DNA of 64,000 nucleotides from Patescibacteria group bacterium (lineage in GTDB: Bacteria; Patescibacteriota; Patescibacteriia; UBA1558; GWA2-36-10). This document shows, piece by piece, positions 46,729 through 56,551 of this stretch; positions within the stretch are counted from its first letter, which is position 1; each line of letters begins with the position of its first letter. The stretch spans positions 18,173-82,172 of the forward strand of contig JBAZSG010000004.1 of NCBI GenBank assembly GCA_041662585.1, in the 5' to 3' direction. A model generated the notes under the pieces. The model had not been told where the DNA came from and did not search any database. It was given only the letters and a program-made list of their open reading frames with translations. Both the position numbers and the translations under genes were made by a program.

Positions 46729-48574
46729 AATAACAAAAAGAAATATGGACTCAGCAAAAAGAGCACCAATTAGAAAGCAATCATACCAAGCTCCTTCTAT
46801 TAGTAATAGGAGTAATAATGTACCCAAAGAATATCAAACATTTAAAAAAGCACCCAAAGGCAAAGGATCTTTTTTGTGGTTTTTATTTTTACTTTTTGCA
46901 GCTACAGTAGCTGGCTTTTGGTTTTGGGCTCAACAGAGCCAAGAAACAATCAACAATAGTATAGAGCTAGTCGTTGATGGACCAAGTGAGATAATCTCTG
47001 GTGATCAAGCTACTTATAAAGTGAGTTACAAAAATATAGATACAGTAGCGCTACAAGGTTTAGAGCTTTCTGTACGTTGGCCAAATGGATTTTATTTTGA
47101 TGGCGCTAGTATTGAGCCGATAGATCAAAACGCTACTACTTGGTTGTTGGAAGATATAGCACCTGGTCAAACAGTAGATTTAGAAATTACTGGACAATTG
47201 GTTGGTCAAAAAGATGAAAATTTATCAGCTGCCTTTACGCTAGCTTATCAACCAGTCAATTTTCATTCAGATTTTAAAGCCAAAGCTAATATAGATACAA
47301 AAATATCTGATGCCAAATTAGAATTGAGTGTTGAAGCACTGGACAAAACATTGGTAGCTAGCCAGCAAGAAATCAAAGTAAATTTTAAAAACCTGACAGC
47401 AGCCAATTTGGAAAATTTGTATATTGATATATTGTATCCTGACGATTTTGAAATAGCCCCCGTAATTGATGAATCAAGTGCTGAAGATGTAGAAGTAACA
47501 GAGGAAGAAAATACAGAATTAAACTCAGATTTTATAATAGAAGGAGATTATTTCAAATTAAATTTAGCTGAAGAAGAATTAAAAACCATGTTGATAAATG
47601 GATTTTTTACAGTAGATTCCAAGACGGATCAACTATTGGTAGTAGAAATTGGAAATATGGTTGATGGTAATTTTAGAAGACTGGCCAGAATAGAAAAACC
47701 AATGATAGTCATCAATCCAAAATTTGATATGAATTTTCAAATCAATGGTCAGTCCTCTCCACAAGCTGTAAATTGGGGAGATACACTTAGATATCAATTG
47801 GAAGTAACCAACAATAGCCAAGGGGATGTAGTGGATGTAGGTGTTTCAGCCTTGATTGATAGTGTAGCTTTGGATTGGGATAGTTTGGAAACTATTGGTA
47901 ATTATGCAGACAACAAAATCACTTGGACCAAAACAGAAAATGAGGCCTTGGGTAATTGGCCAGCTGGAGAAACTAGAATCTTTACTTGGCAAGTAGCTGT
48001 AGTAAAAGAGCCTATTGCTGATCGTATGGTAGAAAATATTATTGAAATAAATATAGAAGGTTTAGGAGATTGGAAACAAGTTTCTTCTCCGATAGCCATT
48101 ACCATTGGAGAGAGTATCAATTTTAACAATGGAGTGTATTGGGATTTGGGAGGTAGACGAGTAGGCTCTGGACTGTTGCCACCTCGTGTTGGAGAAGCCA
48201 CTGAGTATTTGGTGATTTGGTCACTTCCTCAAGCCACTGGTGTTTTTGACAATGTAAGTGTCTCTACCACTTTACCACCACAAGTAGATTTTATTTCAGA
48301 AATAGATATTCAAGATGGTGATTTAGAATTTGATTTGGAAGACAGGAGCCTTACTTGGAACATAAATAGTTTTTCAAATATTATTTTACCAACCACAGCT
48401 TCTTTTACTCTTAGACTTACTCCCACCAAAGAAGATCTCGGTCAAGCTACAAATATACTCAATACGACAACAGTAAATGCTAGTGGTATAGAAGATGTAA
48501 TAGTCAGATCCAAGGCCATTAAGACAGCCGATGTAATCTCAGACAGTAGTAGTCCAATAGGTATAGTAGAATAA
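46721..48574 (+). CDS. Large membrane-anchored extracellular protein with repeated beta-sandwich (DUF11-like) domains
   Basis: 617 aa; N-terminal TM FLWFLFLLFAATVAGFWFW; no catalytic motifs. Confidence 0.45.
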   Translation: MAKITKRNMDSAKRAPIRKQSYQAPSISNRSNNVPKEYQTFKKAPKGKGSFLWFLFLLFAATVAGFWFWAQQSQETINNSIELVVDGPSEIISGDQATYKVSYKNIDTVALQGLELSVRWPNGFYFDGASIEPIDQNATTWLLEDIAPGQTVDLEITGQLVGQKDENLSAAFTLAYQPVNFHSDFKAKANIDTKISDAKLELSVEALDKTLVASQQEIKVNFKNLTAANLENLYIDILYPDDFEIAPVIDESSAEDVEVTEEENTELNSDFIIEGDYFKLNLAEEELKTMLINGFFTVDSKTDQLLVVEIGNMVDGNFRRLARIEKPMIVINPKFDMNFQINGQSSPQAVNWGDTLRYQLEVTNNSQGDVVDVGVSALIDSVALDWDSLETIGNYADNKITWTKTENEALGNWPAGETRIFTWQVAVVKEPIADRMVENIIEINIEGLGDWKQVSSPIAITIGESINFNNGVYWDLGGRRVGSGLLPPRVGEATEYLVIWSLPQATGVFDNVSVSTTLPPQVDFISEIDIQDGDLEFDLEDRSLTWNINSFSNIILPTTASFTLRLTPTKEDLGQATNILNTTTVNASGIEDVIVRSKAIKTADVISDSSSPIGIVE

Positions 48575-48576
48575 CT

Positions 48577-49683
48577 ATGTTTAAGTTAAAGCAAAAATCC
48601 AAAAAATCTCAAGCAAGATTGGGAGTACTTAAGACTTCTCATGGAGAAATCAGTACTCCTTTTTTTATGCCCATTGCTACTAAAGCTGCTATCAAGTCAT
48701 TGGAAATTAAAGATGTCAAAGATTTGGGAGCTGAAATTATACTTTCCAATACTTATCACAATTTATTAAAACCAGGTGTAGCAGTCATCAAAAAATTTGG
48801 GGGTCTTCATGAGTTTATGCACAATGATTTGCCAATACTCACCGACAGTGGGGGCTATCAAGTGTTTTCTTTGGCCAAGTTTAGAAAAATAAAAGGCAAT
48901 AATATTGAATTTCAATCGCATATTGATGGCAGTCGGCATATATTAAATCCAAAGTGTGTTATTGATATCCAAGTTGCACTAGGCAGTGATATTATGATGG
49001 TACTAGATGAATGTGTAGGTTTGCCAACCACCAAGGCCAAAGCACAAGAGGCTGTAGAAAGGACCAGTAAGTGGGCACGTATTGCTATAGAATATAAAAA
49101 TAGATTAAACAAAAAATCTAGCAAAATAAAAAAACAGCTTTTGTTTGCCATTGTTCAAGGCGCTGATTTTAAAGATTTGCGTATACACAGTGTCAAAGAA
49201 CTGGTAGCAATGAATTTTGATGGCTACGGCATAGGTGGTTTAGCAGTTGGAGAACCAGCTAGTACTATGTATAAAGTTTTGGATTATACAGTAGATGAGC
49301 TACCGGAAAATAAGGCTAGGTATCTGATGGGAGTGGGTTATCCAGAAAATATTGTAGAGGCAGTCAGGCGAGGTATAGATATGTTTGATTGTGTAATACC
49401 AACTCGTGAAGCTCGTCACGGCAAGCTTTATATTTGGAATGGTAAGCCAGATGTGACAAAAAAGAATTTTTATAAAACAATCAATATTTTCAATGCCAAA
49501 TTTGCCAAAGATACAAAATCCATAAATAATACAAATTTAAAAAATTATTCCAAGGCGTATCTACATCATTTGTTTAAGACTCAAGAGCCATTGGCTCTTA
49601 GATTGGCCACTTTGAATAATTTGGCATTTTATTTGGATATGATGAAAAAGATTAGGCAAGCTATCAAAACTGGCAAATTGTAG
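48577..49683 (+). CDS. tgt: Queuine/preQ1 tRNA-ribosyltransferase (TGT) lacking the CxCxxC-H zinc site
   Basis: LTDSGGYQVFSL and MFDCVIPTR catalytic motifs; the CxCxxC region reads INNTNLKNYSKAYLHHL with no Cys. Confidence 0.8.
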   Translation: MFKLKQKSKKSQARLGVLKTSHGEISTPFFMPIATKAAIKSLEIKDVKDLGAEIILSNTYHNLLKPGVAVIKKFGGLHEFMHNDLPILTDSGGYQVFSLAKFRKIKGNNIEFQSHIDGSRHILNPKCVIDIQVALGSDIMMVLDECVGLPTTKAKAQEAVERTSKWARIAIEYKNRLNKKSSKIKKQLLFAIVQGADFKDLRIHSVKELVAMNFDGYGIGGLAVGEPASTMYKVLDYTVDELPENKARYLMGVGYPENIVEAVRRGIDMFDCVIPTREARHGKLYIWNGKPDVTKKNFYKTINIFNAKFAKDTKSINNTNLKNYSKAYLHHLFKTQEPLALRLATLNNLAFYLDMMKKIRQAIKTGKL

Positions 49684-49721
49684 TATTTAATAAATATATT
49701 AAACATGATATAATATCAAAT

Positions 49722-50528
49722 ATGAAAGTAGTAGATTATAATAAAGGCTTTACTTTGGTGCAATTGATTATTTCCATTTCTATTTTTTTGGTTTTGTCAG
49801 CTATGGTGTTGTTTAGTCTAGATGTAACATCTAGAAATGGTAAAGCCAAAGATACCAAAAGATGGGAAGATGTCACAGCTATTGCTGAGGCAGTCGGGCT
49901 TTATCAAATAGATAATAATTCTTTACCAGCTAGTATAGCTGGAGCTACTTATATTGATACAGCCCAAAAATATGTACTTTGTTCAACAGCCTCATCACTT
50001 ACTTGTGATGGACAAAGCAGAGATTGTTTGGTGATTGATGACGCAGATTTCTTGGGGGCTTATTTAGGAGGATCTTTGCCAGTTGATCCAGAAAAAACCG
50101 ATAGTACCGACACTGGTTATTATATTGCTAGAAATGGTGATCAAATGCTATTTGGAGCTTGCAGTAGCTATGATGGCACGAGTATTGAATATACAGCTAG
50201 AGCCAAAGTACCAGCTGTTTGTGGAAATGGCATAATAGAAGACAACGAAGTTTGTGATGATAGTGATGCGTTGACTGAGGGTTGTGGTACTTCAAACCCA
50301 GCTGAATTGAATACGCCAGGCACTTATTGTAATAGTGATTGTACAGCTGAGGTGACTACTGCTATAACTGAGCTTTGTGATTATAATACTTGGACAAATG
50401 ATTGTCAGCTTGATAGTGTGTGGTATACAAATAGTGATGTAGGTGGAACAAGTTGGTGTAATGTTACTTGTAATGTGGAACAATCAATTGGTGTTGCATG
50501 TGATGAGTTGCCACCACCAATTGATTAG
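49722..50528 (+). CDS. Type IV pilin/pseudopilin-like protein with Cys-rich C-terminal domain
   Basis: Prepilin N-terminus KGFTLVQLIISISIFLVL (Gln at +5 instead of Glu); many Cys in the C-terminal third. Confidence 0.6.
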   Translation: MKVVDYNKGFTLVQLIISISIFLVLSAMVLFSLDVTSRNGKAKDTKRWEDVTAIAEAVGLYQIDNNSLPASIAGATYIDTAQKYVLCSTASSLTCDGQSRDCLVIDDADFLGAYLGGSLPVDPEKTDSTDTGYYIARNGDQMLFGACSSYDGTSIEYTARAKVPAVCGNGIIEDNEVCDDSDALTEGCGTSNPAELNTPGTYCNSDCTAEVTTAITELCDYNTWTNDCQLDSVWYTNSDVGGTSWCNVTCNVEQSIGVACDELPPPID

Positions 50529-50605
50529 TATAATTAGTCAATAAAAATTTATTTTTTATAAAACCGTCTGAGTTTTTTTCAGGGCGGTTTTTTTGTTTAT
50601 AAAAA

Positions 50606-51013
50606 TTGCCTAAATATGTTATAATGTATTTGATGACACAAAATGTAATAGTACAAGCCATAAAGATATTACTTATTGATTTGATAGGTGAAATTTTATA
50701 TTTCCCTATTTGGTGGTATAGCCAAGGACTCATAAGAACAGTGCTTTATGTTTTTAATACTATCAAAGACACCAATCGCAATTTGGCGGTAGGCTTGATG
50801 TTTAAAAGTCTTTTTAAGCCAATGTTTGGTCAATATGATAGAGAAGGACGCATTATTAGTTTTTTCTTTAGATTGATTTTGACTTTTGCTCGCTCAATAG
50901 TCTTTTTAATTTTAGTGATTATTTATTTATTGCTAATTATTTTTTGGATATTTTTACCAGTCGTAGTAGCTTGGATGATTTATAATAATTTTAATACTTT
51001 ATGGAAGGCCTAA
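50606..51013 (+). CDS. Small polytopic membrane protein
   Basis: 135 aa; overlaps the start of the Clp-like gene. Confidence 0.4.
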   Translation: MPKYVIMYLMTQNVIVQAIKILLIDLIGEILYFPIWWYSQGLIRTVLYVFNTIKDTNRNLAVGLMFKSLFKPMFGQYDREGRIISFFFRLILTFARSIVFLILVIIYLLLIIFWIFLPVVVAWMIYNNFNTLWKA

Positions 51014-53688
51014 AGTTTGAAAATTGTCAGGCTTGTGGAGGTACAGGCAAACTCAACGGTGCAAGTTGTGCTACTTGTTTTGGGTATAGAGAATATTATT
51101 TTACCAATAATAATTTTTTGTATTTTACGCGCAGTACAAATTATGCTCATATTTTTGTCAGAGAACTTAAGAAAACAGTTGATATTATTATAAATATATT
51201 TTTATTAGCAAGTGTATTTATTACTTTATATCTAGTTTACAAAATATTAAATGTTGTAGAATTTGAGCCTAGAAATTTGTGGTATTTTATTTCTACAATC
51301 AGAAGTGAAAATCTTTATTTAGGTATTTTGATTTTGGCTGATATGTTTTTGTATTATCGTTTGGTTATACCTGGTATCAAGAAAACCGACAAAGAAAAAA
51401 TGCTAGCCAATCAAGATATAAATGTCAAACATAATATTGCTGATCATCTAGGGCAAGAAGCTTCAAAGATGATTGATAAGGCTTGGCTTTTTGGTAAATA
51501 CAAACAAATATTTCCTATCAGTGCTTGGCATTTGCTTTTTATATTATTAAATGATAGAGATATTCGTTTGGTTTTGGCTAGACTAGGAATTGGAGCAGAT
51601 AATATCAAAAAAAGTATAGATGAAAATATATCTAAACTAGTTGTTTCTCAAGATAAAGAATTGGATTTAGATGAAAATGCCAAAAATGCTATGCTCAATG
51701 CTTATTGGCATATGAATAAAAGACATGGTGAATATATTGCGGAGGTAGATTTGTTTTATGGTGTTGTAACATCTAGCCAACAAATACGCAACATGTTTTA
51801 TGATATGGATATTGATGAACAAAAAATAGAAAATGTAATTTCTTGGGTGAAGATAAATAAAGATTTGGTAGATAGATATAAGAGGCTTAGATCTAGGTCT
51901 ATCTTTAAACCAAAAGGTGGAATGAATAGATCATACACGGCTATTGCCACACCAATCTTAAATAGTTTTTCTCAAGATTTGACACTTATGGCCAAGGCAG
52001 GGGTACTAGGTTTGTCGGTCGCTAGAGAAAAAGAAATAGCAGAAATTATATCAACAGTTGAAAGTAGTATTGCTTCGGTGGTATTGGTTGGTCCACCAGG
52101 GATAGGTAAAGGTAATATAGTAGAAGGTATTGCCAATAGTATGATGGCCGAAGAACTGCCAGAGCTTTTTCAAGATAAAAGATTGGTAGCGATATCTGCT
52201 CCAATGCTTGTTTCCGGTGCAGAAGGCACCGGCAGATTAGAAGAAAGATTTTTGGCTCTTTTGCAAGAAACAGCTGCTTCTGGAAATATAATATTATATA
52301 TTGAAGATATTCATCAGTTGGTTGGTATATCATCTGAAGGTACAGAAGGTGTATCTTTGGCGGAGATATTGGCTGGAGAAATACGCAAGAGAAATGTGAT
52401 TGTCATTGCTACAGCCAATAGCAAAGAATATGTACAATATATAGAAGGTACTGGCTTGGGACAAGCACTTAAAAAAATAAATATTAAAGAGCCAGATAAA
52501 AATCAGACTATTCAGATGATGGAAGCACATGTTGGTATGGTAGAAGGTAAACATCAGGTATATTTTACTTATGATGCTCTTGATACTATTTATGAATTAT
52601 CAAATAGATATATTACCGACAAAGCTTTGCCTAGCAAGGCTATAGATCTTATGGATGAGGCTGGTATTATAGTTTCCAAACGTGGTCAAAAAGATAAGCT
52701 AGTTAAAAAAGAAGACATAGAAGCCCTTGTAAGTCATAAGACTAGTATTCCTTTGTCAGCTGTGACTAGTCAAGAATCTACCAAGCTTATAAATATGGAA
52801 GCAGAGCTTCATGAGCGTATTGTCGGTCAAGATGAAGCGGTTAGTCTTGTTGCTTCAGCTTTGAGGCGCTCTAGAGCCGAACTACGTGACAAGAAAAGAC
52901 CAATTGTCAATTTACTTTTCTTAGGTCCAACTGGTGTGGGTAAAACAGAGCTAGCTAAGACAGTGGCTGAAAAATATTTTGGTGATGAAAAAAATATGAT
53001 TCGTTTGGATATGAGTGAATATCAAAACCAAACATCCCTACCTAGACTGATTGGTTCTCCTGAGTCTGGTACACCAGGCTTACTTACTGAAGCTGTCAGA
53101 CATCAGCCATTTGCATTGCTACTCTTAGATGAAATTGAAAAAGCCAATCCAGATATTTTGAATATATTTTTACAAGTGATGGAAGATGGACGACTTACCG
53201 ATGCACTAGGTCGTACAGTAGATTTTACCAATTTGATTATAGTAGCTACTTCCAATGCTGGTACATCTTTTATTCAAGATCAAATCAATGCTGGACGCAC
53301 GGTTGATGAATTTAAAGATCAATTAATCAAAGAAGAAATACGAGATATTTTTAGACCAGAATTTATCAATCGTTTTGATGGTACTGTAGTTTTTCGTCCA
53401 CTTACTCAAGAAGAGATATTCAAGATTGCTGGCTTCATGCTAAACAAAGTTAAAAAGAGGTTGGAAGAAAAAGGCATTATTTTTGAAGTGACTGAAGCTG
53501 CTCAACGTGAACTGGCTCAAGCTGGGTTTGATCCGGTTTTTGGTGCTAGGCCACTAAGACGTGTTATCCAAGATCAAGTGGATAATGCTTTGGCTGACTT
53601 TTTATTAAATGGTAAACTAGGCAGAAGAGATGTAGTAGTCTATGATGTAGGTGGTCAAATTTCTGTTCGCAAACCAACAGGATATTAA
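51001..53688 (+). CDS. ClpA/ClpC-type two-ring AAA+ ATPase with N-terminal zinc ribbon plus TM helices and degenerate D1 Walker motifs
   Basis: CQACGGTGKLNGASCATC; TM IINIFLLASVFITLYLVY; Clp_N-like repeats; D1 Walker A GPPGIGKGN (Gly in place of Thr/Ser) and Walker B LYIEDIH (ED instead of DE); D2 canonical GPTGVGKTELAK / LLLDEIEKA; no M-domain coiled coil. Confidence 0.8.
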   Translation: MEGLKFENCQACGGTGKLNGASCATCFGYREYYFTNNNFLYFTRSTNYAHIFVRELKKTVDIIINIFLLASVFITLYLVYKILNVVEFEPRNLWYFISTIRSENLYLGILILADMFLYYRLVIPGIKKTDKEKMLANQDINVKHNIADHLGQEASKMIDKAWLFGKYKQIFPISAWHLLFILLNDRDIRLVLARLGIGADNIKKSIDENISKLVVSQDKELDLDENAKNAMLNAYWHMNKRHGEYIAEVDLFYGVVTSSQQIRNMFYDMDIDEQKIENVISWVKINKDLVDRYKRLRSRSIFKPKGGMNRSYTAIATPILNSFSQDLTLMAKAGVLGLSVAREKEIAEIISTVESSIASVVLVGPPGIGKGNIVEGIANSMMAEELPELFQDKRLVAISAPMLVSGAEGTGRLEERFLALLQETAASGNIILYIEDIHQLVGISSEGTEGVSLAEILAGEIRKRNVIVIATANSKEYVQYIEGTGLGQALKKINIKEPDKNQTIQMMEAHVGMVEGKHQVYFTYDALDTIYELSNRYITDKALPSKAIDLMDEAGIIVSKRGQKDKLVKKEDIEALVSHKTSIPLSAVTSQESTKLINMEAELHERIVGQDEAVSLVASALRRSRAELRDKKRPIVNLLFLGPTGVGKTELAKTVAEKYFGDEKNMIRLDMSEYQNQTSLPRLIGSPESGTPGLLTEAVRHQPFALLLLDEIEKANPDILNIFLQVMEDGRLTDALGRTVDFTNLIIVATSNAGTSFIQDQINAGRTVDEFKDQLIKEEIRDIFRPEFINRFDGTVVFRPLTQEEIFKIAGFMLNKVKKRLEEKGIIFEVTEAAQRELAQAGFDPVFGARPLRRVIQDQVDNALADFLLNGKLGRRDVVVYDVGGQISVRKPTGY

Positions 53689-53713
53689 TTTTATAGATTA
53701 TAGAGTTTTAAAA

Positions 53714-53753
53714 ATAATAAGACTTGTTTGATTACAACTGGTCTTATTTTTTA
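53714..53753 (+). terminator. Terminator-like hairpin after the Clp-like gene (AATAAGAC...GTCTTATT + T-run)
   Basis: 8-bp stem with long loop. Confidence 0.5.
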
Positions 53754-53850
53754 TCTAGTTATGTAATAAATTACTCATTTAGTCAACCTTGATAATTAAT
53801 GTATTTTTAGGTATAATTTTGATATTAAAGTATTAAAAAATTATCTTTAT

Positions 53851-55236
53851 ATGAAAGAATTGCGCAAGTTTGATAAGGTAGTAAATCTAGCCAAAACCAA
53901 AGGCTTTATTTTCCCTTCTTCTGAAATATATGGTGGTCTAAATTCCATCTATGACTACGGTCCATTAGGTACTGAGCTCAAAAATAATCTCAAGCAAGCT
54001 TGGTTTGATTTTATGTTGGCTAGACGTGATGTAGTGGGTCTAGATTCAGCTATCTTGATGCACCCAGCTATATGGAAAGCCTCAGGGCACTTAGATGGTT
54101 TTTCTGATCCATTGGTAGATTGTATGAAATGTAAAGCACGCTGGCGTGCTGATCACTTGCTCGAGAAAAAAGGTATCAAACCACACTTTGGTAAAGACAA
54201 GGGTCCGGCGATGGGTGATATAAAATGTCCCGATTGTGGAGGCGATCTTACCGAAGTCAGACAATTCAACTTGATGTTTAAGACTTTTATGGGACCACTA
54301 GAAGATAGTGCCAATCAGATTTATCTTCGTCCAGAAACTGCTCAAGGTATTTATGTCAATTTTCTCAATGTGATCAATTCTATGCGTATGAAGATGCCAT
54401 TTGGTATTGCTCAAATTGGCAAAGCTTTTAGAAATGAGATTACTCCTGGTAATTTTACTTTTCGGATGCGTGAATTTGAGCAAATGGAAATGCAATATTT
54501 TGTTCATCCTGACAAAACTAAAGAAGTTTTTGCCAAATGGCAACAATTGCGTATGGAATGGTATAAAGATTTGGGTATTAGTCCGGACAATTTAAGATTT
54601 AGAGAGCACGAGAAAGATGAATTGGCTCACTATGCCAAGCGAGCCCTAGATATTGAATACAACTTTGCTTTTTCTGCCAACGAAACTTTCAAAGAGTTAG
54701 AAGGTATTCATCACAGGGGTGATTGGGACCTTAGTCAGCATCAAAAATTTAGCAAACAAAAACTAGCACTTAAAGATGCAGAGGCCAAAGAATATATTCC
54801 AAACATAATAGAAACATCAGGTGGCGTAGATAGAGCTATTTTAGCCTTTTTAATGGAAGCCTATACAGAGATAGAAGGAGGACGCAGCACTACTACTGAG
54901 AGCAACAAAGAAGCTGAAGTTGTTTTGAAATTAGATAAAAGATTGGCGCCAATCAAAATTGCAATACTTCCTCTTTCCAAAAAAGATGAATTGGTCAACA
55001 AGACCAATGAGGTTTATGATATATTGGTTGGTAAATATCGTATTGCTTATGACGAGACTGGCTCTATTGGTAAGCGTTATCGTCGTCAAGATGAAATAGG
55101 TACACCATATTGTGTAACAGTTGATTTTGAAACTTTAGAAAATAATATAGTCACAGTCAGAGACAGGGATACTATGAAACAAGATTATGTAAATATTTCT
55201 GAGCTAGGGGTTTATTTTCAAGATAAATTTAAGTAA
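53851..55236 (+). CDS. glyQS: Glycyl-tRNA synthetase, dimeric class II (GlyQS type)
   Basis: N-terminus FIFPSSEIYGGLNSIYDYGPLGTELKNNL; class II motifs; anticodon-binding C-terminus. Confidence 0.9.
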   Translation: MKELRKFDKVVNLAKTKGFIFPSSEIYGGLNSIYDYGPLGTELKNNLKQAWFDFMLARRDVVGLDSAILMHPAIWKASGHLDGFSDPLVDCMKCKARWRADHLLEKKGIKPHFGKDKGPAMGDIKCPDCGGDLTEVRQFNLMFKTFMGPLEDSANQIYLRPETAQGIYVNFLNVINSMRMKMPFGIAQIGKAFRNEITPGNFTFRMREFEQMEMQYFVHPDKTKEVFAKWQQLRMEWYKDLGISPDNLRFREHEKDELAHYAKRALDIEYNFAFSANETFKELEGIHHRGDWDLSQHQKFSKQKLALKDAEAKEYIPNIIETSGGVDRAILAFLMEAYTEIEGGRSTTTESNKEAEVVLKLDKRLAPIKIAILPLSKKDELVNKTNEVYDILVGKYRIAYDETGSIGKRYRRQDEIGTPYCVTVDFETLENNIVTVRDRDTMKQDYVNISELGVYFQDKFK

Positions 55237-55257
55237 ATATAAAAGCGTTTTTAATAT

Positions 55258-56532
55258 ATGTATAAAAGAATTGTTCGTCGTGATGGCAGTGTCATCATCT
55301 TAGCTCCCAAGCAAGATACCAAAGCTATTACCTTTGAAGTGTTATATAAAGTAGGTAGTCGTCAAGAAAATAACAAAAACAATGGAGTGTCTCATTTTGT
55401 TGAACACTTGATGTTTAAGGGTACCAAGAGACGACCAGCTACAGCTGATATTGCCAAAGAGCTCGATGGTGTAGGAGCGCAATACAATGCTTTCACAGGC
55501 AAAGAATATACTGGTTATTATATTACTGTAAATAATAGTCATATGACTATGGCTATAGATATGCTTTCTGATATGCTCCATAATTCTAAATTTGATAAAG
55601 CAGAAATAGATAGAGAACGAGGTGTGATTGTTGAAGAAATAAATATGTATGAAGACAATCCTATGATGTATATTGAAGAAGTCTTCGAAGCTTTGTTGTT
55701 CGATGGTACAGATCTTGGTAAGTCTATTGCTGGTCCTCGTATAAATATTCAAACAATTTCTAGAAATACTCTTTATACTTATCATCAAAAATATTATTAT
55801 CATGGCAACGCTATCATTGGTTTGGCTGGCAACTTCAATGAAAAGCAAGCCCTCAAGTTGATAGACAAACTTTTTCCTATCACCAAGCGTCAGGTACGTG
55901 TCAAAAATAAAAAATTAGCTGTGATAAAACAAGTTAAACCAGCTATCAGGATTGTAAATCGTGAACTAGAACAAGTACAATTGATGCTTGGTTTCCGTAC
56001 GTCTTCTATCAATGATAAGGATTTTATTTTTAATCAACTCTTAGCCAATATAGTAGGTGGTACTATGAGCTCAAGAATGTTTTTAAATATTAGAGAAAGA
56101 AAAGGTCTTTGTTATTTTATCAGAGCGGAAGTCAGTGGTTATGAAGGAGTGAGTGCATTTACAGTACACGCCGGTCTTAACAAGTTAAAGATTTATGAAG
56201 CTCTTACTGCTATTAAAGAGGAGTTAGATAAGATTGCTCATGATGGAATTAGTATGGCTGAGTTATATCAAGCCAAAGAAAATATCAAAGGACACATGAT
56301 TCTTAATATGGAAAATTCTAGTTCTCATCTAAATTTTTTAATCTCACAGGAGGCAATCGGCAAACCGATAAAAGATTTGGAGGAAAAACTCAAAGAATTG
56401 GATAAACTTAGTTTGAAGCAGGTCAATTTTTTGGCCAACAAAATTGTTGACTGGGCAAAATCAAATTTGGTTATTATTGGGCCATTTAAAGACAAAAATA
56501 AGTTTATTAATATATTATCTCACAAAAATTAA
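55258..56532 (+). CDS. M16-family (insulinase/pitrilysin-like) zinc peptidase
   Basis: Inverted zinc motif HFVEH. Confidence 0.8.
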   Translation: MYKRIVRRDGSVIILAPKQDTKAITFEVLYKVGSRQENNKNNGVSHFVEHLMFKGTKRRPATADIAKELDGVGAQYNAFTGKEYTGYYITVNNSHMTMAIDMLSDMLHNSKFDKAEIDRERGVIVEEINMYEDNPMMYIEEVFEALLFDGTDLGKSIAGPRINIQTISRNTLYTYHQKYYYHGNAIIGLAGNFNEKQALKLIDKLFPITKRQVRVKNKKLAVIKQVKPAIRIVNRELEQVQLMLGFRTSSINDKDFIFNQLLANIVGGTMSSRMFLNIRERKGLCYFIRAEVSGYEGVSAFTVHAGLNKLKIYEALTAIKEELDKIAHDGISMAELYQAKENIKGHMILNMENSSSHLNFLISQEAIGKPIKDLEEKLKELDKLSLKQVNFLANKIVDWAKSNLVIIGPFKDKNKFINILSHKN

Positions 56533-56551
56533 ATTTTAAAATAAAAATATT

